DNA from: Zygnema circumcarinatum SAG 698-1b
Taxonomy: Eukaryota > Plantae > Zygnematophyceae
NCBI GenBank assembly: GCA_037447605.1
Contig: CM074810.1
Span: 1,460,880-1,524,879, forward strand
Reading direction: 5' to 3'
DNA: 64,000 bases
Under the pieces are notes generated by a model. It was given only the letters and a program-made list of their open reading frames with translations, did not search any database and was not told the origin of the DNA. The translations under genes and the position numbers were made by a program. This document shows, piece after piece, positions 58,108 to 64,000 of this stretch. Numbering within the stretch: the stretch's first letter is position 1; each line of letters opens with the position of its first letter.

Positions 58108-60285
58108 GATCATTTTTCCCCTTACCAGTTTGGTGTGGCGACCCCTGGGGGCTGCGAGGCCGTAGTTCATGGCATTCGTGCGATGTTGGATCTTCACCCT
58201 GATTGGGTTGTTTTGCAGGTTGATGTGACAAACGCTTTTAATACGGTGGATCGTCATGAGATTTTTCGCGAGTTACGAGAGGCCTCTGCACCGATTGCGT
58301 CCCTTTTTCCTTTTGTGCGCACATTTTATTCTCGTTCGAGCCCGCTCCTTTTTTCTCTTGGCGATGCATCTGGTGGAGCCAAGGCGACCCTTTAGGAGGT
58401 CCTTTGTTCGCTTTGGCGCACATTCGTGCGCTTCGAGCTTCGGCACAGGCTTTTCCAGGCTGCCTTTTTCCATCAGTGGCCGACGATACTCATATCATTG
58501 GCCCTGCTGACCAGGTCGTTGCCGCGTTTACTGATTTTACTACTCGATTGGCCGCTATGCGTTTGACGGTAAATTTGTCGAAGTGTTTTGCTTGGTCTCC
58601 GGTTGGTATCCCTTCTACCCTTTCGCTCCCTTGTGGTATCCAGACTTGTGCTGATGGAATTGGTATTCGTGTTTTAGGCTGCCCTTTCGGCGTTGCATCT
58701 TATGTTGATCGTTTTGTTGATGATGCTTTGGTTGAGGATACGTCTCAGGTCGATGAGCTTCCACATCTTTCAGATCCTCAGGTGGCTTTTTCTTTGCTTA
58801 CTCGTTGTTTTGCTTTGCGTCCGTCATACCTTTTGCGAACTCTCCCTCCTAACCCTGCTTTCCTTGAGTCATTGCAATCTTTCGATGAGCGTTTGTTTTC
58901 TGTATGTCATCGCCTTTTGGGTCCTGGTATTTTCGATCGACCGGAGGGTCCGCTTGCACGTACGCAAGCCTCGCTCCCTATTTCGGCGGGCGGTTTAGGA
59001 CTCATCCCGACAATTCGTGTGGCGCCTACTGCGTTTTTGGGTAGGTGGGCTCTTGTTGCTCCTATTTTGGCGTCGCGTTTTATTGTGGCTGATCGTCCGT
59101 TGCTTCAGTCTGTTGTCGCTCATGTTGATGATGGTGATCTTCCGTTTTAGGTTGCATTGCGTGACGCCCATGGTTTGCTTCCTGCTAGTGCTCAGGCTCG
59201 TGCGCCCCCGTTTGTTTCGCTTGCCGTCGAGTCTGTTCCACGTGTCCAACTCACTTTGACTGATGAGGTTGTTGCTGCTGAGTTCTCTACCCTTATTGCG
59301 GCTCTTCCTTCTGATGTTGCGCGTGCTCGGCTTCGCTCTTGTGCGGGTCCTGGGGCTGGGGCTTGGTTGGCTGTTACCCCGATATTTTCCACCCTTCGCT
59401 TGACCCCAGGCCAGTTTCAGCTTGCAGCGCGACTTCGTCTCGGGCTCCCCCATCCGCCATTGCAGGGTTCTCCTCGTTGTGTTTGTGGTGATTCGATTGA
59501 TACGCAGGGCGCTCATCTACTATGTGCACACACGGGCTAACGCATTTTGGCTCATAATGTTGTGCGCGATGCGATTGCTGCGGTGGCTCAAGAAGCTAAC
59601 TACCTTGTGCGACGGGAGCCGAGCCACCCGGTGTCCCCACGGCCGATTATTCGTGGCGAGCGCGGAGTTCGCCCTGATTTGGCTCTTATGGATGGTGCCC
59701 GGCGTATTTTTGGGGATATTGTGTTGGCCGATCCAACCTGCCGCTGACATTTATTGTCACGCAGCAATATCATGAAGCAGCGTATTGCCGCTGGCGCGCC
59801 CTTCGCAAGGAGCGCGCATATGCCCACGTCTCGCGGCTGACGAGTTTGTTCCTATGGCTATTGAGATTTTTGGCTGCCTCGACGCCCGTTTGGATACCTT
59901 CCTTCGCCAGTGCGCCCATCGCCCGAGATGCACGCCCTCGAAGCCCTCCTCCGCGACATCTTGGCTACCTTTTATCGACAACGTATTTCCGTCGCCCTTC
60001 AGCGTTGCCTCGCTTCTACGCTACTTCGGCGTGCTGCAGTTGTTGGTGACCGTGTTGGTGGACTTCCGCCGCTCCCTCCTCGCGACGTGCCTCACATCGG
60101 TGACCTTCGCGGCTGCTTCTAGGGGCTGCGTTGTTGTGCCTAGGCGTAGTTTTCCGCTCGTAGCTTCGTTTTATTGTGTTTCGGTCCTTTGTGACCAGTC
60201 CTTCGTGGTTCCACATTTTGCCTTTATCCATGTAAATTTGATGGCCTCGCCATCGCGAGTTCAATGAAAGTTTGCGTTACTTTTC
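58108..60285 (+). mobile_element. 5'-truncated, decayed non-LTR retrotransposon with RT + CCHC knuckle + restriction-like endonuclease (CRE-clade-like)
   Basis: RT motifs QFGVATPGGCEAVVH, QVDVTNAFNTVDR, QGDPLGGPLF (after a frameshift near 58375), SVADDTHIIG, VNLSKC, RVLGCPFG, GGLGL. Knuckle CVCG..HLLC..HNVVRD. RLE RPDL-x12-DIVLADP and RQRISVALQR. Stops near 59148 and 59538. 21-bp TSD GATCACAAGGCCATGTGGCAG at 58087-58107 and 60286-60306. Confidence 0.9.
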
Positions 60286-60808
60286 GATCACAAGGCCATG
60301 TGGCAGTCGGCATGTAAAAAAGTTGACATGTCGCATGCATGGCATGATGCACGGCCATGGGCTCCCATGGGCACAGTACGGCCCATGGCCATGGGGCCCC
60401 TCATCGAGCCATGGAGCGGCACTTTTAGGGTTCCCGCAGGGCCGCCCTCTTCAGGCGCGTCAGAAGAGCGCTTGGGGGACCTCCTCCTCCTTCTGCCCCG
60501 CCGCCATGGCCGCCTCTGCGGGAAGGAGCCCCTCTGTGGAAGGAGAGCAGGCTGCTTGGAGGAGGAGGAGGAGGAGAAGGAGGAGGAGGGAAGAGGAGGA
60601 GGAGAAGGAGGGAGGAGGAGGAGGAGAAGGAGGAGGAAGAGGGGGGAGGAGAAGAAAGGGAAAGTAGTATTGTTATTTGAATACCTAATAGTCTTGCATT
60701 TCCGAAGTATTGAGATTTTTTATTCAAGATACTGCGAAAGAAAGGAAGAAAGGAAAGCTTTTATTTCTGGCTATTTGTTGGCTCAAACATTGACGCCGTC
60801 GTTGGAAA

Positions 60809-63220
60809 ATGATTACACTGGGACGCTTCGTTGTCCGCGTGGCTCTCGCGATTCTTCCTCTGCTGCTCTCATGCGGCGCATGTCAAATAGAAGGTGGGTA
60901 TTCTGGCAGCTACCTGCTCTCTCCCTCTCTACCTCTCGCTTCTCTCCCTCTCGCTCCCTCTCTCGCCCTGTCTCTCTCTCCGTCTCTCTCTCTCCCTCAA
61001 TTCCCGTCCCTCCCCTTTTTTTTTATCATGGGACATGGTATCCGAATGTGGACTTTTAGGGTTTGGGGTATTGCTACCGAACGCATCATTTTGCAGCAAC
61101 AGTCCATGCAGGTTCGTATGGGTTTTTTACATCGCTATCACGCCCAGCTTTCTCTCCCTCCTCTCTCTCTTTCTCCCTCCGTGTTTTTCTCTCTCTCCTC
61201 CTTTCATTCCCTTCCCTCTCTCCCCTCACTCTCCACTCACTTCCCCACTCCCCTCTCTCCATTCTCTCCCTCCCTTCACTCTCCCACCCACTATCTCCCC
61301 CTCCTTCGACTCTCTTTCTCCTTCTCTTCCCTCTCCCTTTCTCTCGCTCCCTGCTTGTGTGCGAAGAATCTACAGGGCCTGCTACACGGCAGTCTTCCTG
61401 GACTGCAGGCTGCCCCGCCCCTCTCTCAACAGGAAGAGTTCTCCTTAGTTCATCTCCAGACAGCCCTTCTCCCACTCCACTTCCTGCAGCAAATGCGTTG
61501 AAATTTCTTACGAATTGCGACATGGGAGAACCCATTTCTGCTCCCAAACCTTATGATAATGAGTTTCCCTCACCTTCTCCCGCTCCCACACCCGATCCGT
61601 CGCCCTCTCCCGCTCCCGTCCCTGCACCCTCTCCCTCCTCTCCCTCTCCCGTCCCTGCACCCTCTCCCACCTCTCCCTCTCCCTCTCCCGCTCCCGCTCC
61701 CGCTCCCACACCCGATCCGTCTCCCTCTCCCTCTCCCTCTCCCTCTCCCTCTCCCTCTCCCTCTCCCTCTCTTATCCACCCTTCTTCTCATCCTCCTCCA
61801 TACCCTGAACCCACTCGGTCCCCTCCCTTCCCTGCTCCTCCACTTTCCCCGACTCCGATCCCGGCGCCCAATCCTGCGCCGACACCTGGCACCTCCCTCG
61901 CATGCCCTGCCAACTTCACCGCCGTCGAATACTTTGATGTTTCGTCTTGTTCCTCTACGACTCCTTCAAAAGAAATTTGTTGCAATGTAGTATATGGCCT
62001 TGAGCAGGAGCTCTATTTATCTCCGTACAAGGGAGGATATGCAGACGTTCTCACCATCATGAACGACTCCTCTATCAATGCAGCATGCAGATTTGAATTG
62101 ACGGAATTTATGCTTGAAAGGAGTGCAAGTGTTGATGTTTTTGAGTTTTGTGGAGAAGAGTCCATCATGCCCTTGGTGGATGATGTGCTGAAGAACAGTT
62201 CATGCATGTATACATCCATGGATGATGTGACAGCTCGGATAAATTTTACTGCCCTTTTGGGGCCTTGTGGAAACGCGAAAAGCTGCTCTTATAGAGAGTG
62301 TCAGCAAGCGATTACAGATGCTGCTTGGGAGCTTCAACCTGTTACTGGAGCAGAGATGCAGGGCTGGTGAGGTTCTATGTGGGTTCAGTTTCAGTTCAGT
62401 TTCAGTTCAGTTGTCCGTTACACCGTTGAATGTTACAGTTACACTTACTGTTGATACGTGTCGAGCTTCTCGCACCGTCCTATGGTTGATATTGTGCTTG
62501 TTTTTTCTCGCAACCCTAACAACTAAAGAAACCCTAACGACCCTCGGAACCCTAAAAGTTTAGGGTTTCGGGTTTAGGTTTGGGTTTTGTTTTCGGTTTG
62601 TTGATTTGAATTCTTTTTTTTTTTATTTCCCCGCGCAGCATCGATGTGATTTCTGTGAGACTTCTGCAGGCCTCGTATCCGCTCGTCTATCGAACCATCT
62701 TGACAGAATGTGACGAGAAACCTATGGCGGTGAGTTGCCCACTCTCAAAAAATAAAATTAAAGTAAATCAAATTAAACTCGTTAATGTTTAGTCCATCAT
62801 GAAAGGCCAAGCCTTTGTGTTTGCTTTTTCAATTTTTTTTTGTTTTTCCTCTAAATATGTGAAACCTCAACCTTATCCAAAGGCTGGATCACTCCACGAT
62901 GGGAGCGAAGCAGACGTTTCCATGTTGATTTAAATCTATGTGGACATGTGTTGATAAAAAGTCATGTGGATTCAAAATTTTCTTTGCAGCCTGCGCCGTT
63001 ACCCTCCATTGCTCCGAGCGCCCTTGAAGCCATCGCTCCTCCTCCCTCTCTCTCTCTCTCCCTCTCTCCTCCTCCCTCACCTCTCCCTCTCCCTCCCCCT
63101 CAGCCCACTTCGGGAGCGTGCCTCCGCCCTCCTTCAGAAAAAGGACCCCTCCTCCGCTCTCTCCTGATGGCTCTTTTGGCCCTTTTGATCGCGCTTTGTT
63201 GGGAGGGTTCTGAACCCTAA
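60809..63220 (+). CDS. Secreted Pro-rich + Cys-rich SPARK-like domain protein with C-terminal GPI-type hydrophobic tail, no kinase
   Basis: Exons 60809-60893 (signal peptide), about 61460 (acceptor uncertain)-62367, 62639-62729, 62990-63220. SP/PA/TP repeats, then CPANF...C...CC...C...C...C...C..C..C...C spacing typical of SPARK ectodomains. Ends SGA...LLRSLLMALLALLIALCW. Confidence 0.68.
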
Positions 63221-64000
63221 ATAGCTCCGCAAAGAAACTTTTTCTATGTTCTGCAAAGGGTTCTAACGCACATGTGTTCACATGTAAGGGTTCATTTTTT
63301 AGTGTTAGCTTTCTTTTGTCCTTTTTAGCCCTTTAGTTCAGCTTTTAGCGTTAGTTAGGACTATTAGAATTTTTAGGGCTTTTTTTGAGTTATTTATGGT
63401 TTGTATGGTTTAGGCTTTGAAACGTTTTCCTTTAGGCGAGGTTAAAGGATGTTAGAGAGGCATTAATAGTATTTATTTTCATTTTTGAGCTTCCTTGAAT
63501 TTCAAGCTTTATTATTATTGCTTCGAAAAGTGTACGGACGATTGGACGCCATGCATTGCTGACGTCCCGCCATTGAGAAGTTTTTAGGGTTTTTTTAGTC
63601 GAGTCAGCAATTGCACAATTGGTGGTGGGCTGTTTATGCTTGGCATGTGCAACTAAGATTTGTGAATATCAAGACCTTTCAAGATCGTGGGAACCATGTT
63701 GTTGTTGTTGTTCATGGACATTTCGGCGGCTGGTTCCAGGAGGGCGTGGTGTATAAATCACAGGACTTGAGTTTAGTATTGGCGGTGTTTGGAAAGGAAA
63801 AGCATAGTATGCTTTTGTATTGCCACTCAATGTTGGAAAATGTCATTGTTTTTGGGATGAAATGTTTTGAGATTCTTGAGTGCTGACATCTTCCGTGTTG
63901 GTTGATTACACTTGATCGTCAAATGTCTAAAAAGGGTAAATTTGTTGTAGGAGAGGAAGCTGAAGAAACTGTGAGCTAAGAATCTTCCCCAATATTGTGC

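Overview
Eukaryotic nuclear DNA from a green plant lineage. The plastid-targeted NDH-B, cytochrome c6A and GET3b genes, the RLK/Pelle kinase, the plant-type U1 snRNA and the TTTAGGG-like repeats point to a streptophyte, probably an alga; the species cannot be fixed from sequence. I reconstructed 11 intron-rich protein genes by hand: a partial DExH1/DHX36-like helicase, a USP-domain RLCK, PnsB1/NDF1, cytochrome c6A, a bacterial-type saccharopine-dehydrogenase-family enzyme, a malectin + KDELC-type GT90 fusion, an HPP transporter, a phosphoglycerate-mutase-like plastid protein, an orphan disordered protein, GET3b and a SPARK-domain GPI-type protein. The window also holds one U1 snRNA, one tRNA-Gly(TCC), two TA-TSD MITEs, one long-TIR MULE-like element and a 5'-truncated CRE-clade non-LTR retrotransposon with a 21-bp TSD. 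Introns are packed with (CT)n/(GA)n and telomere-like repeats. Most ORFs in the supplied track are artefacts of these repeats. Main leads: (1) the malectin-filamin-GT90 fusion; (2) an unusual splicing landscape with complementary repeat blocks at the two ends of many introns, purine-rich acceptors, GC donors and stacked decoy acceptors; (3) the tail-less CRE insertion in a CATGGC-rich target. Family assignments rest on motifs recognised from memory, not on database searches. Five 10-N gaps limit certainty locally.
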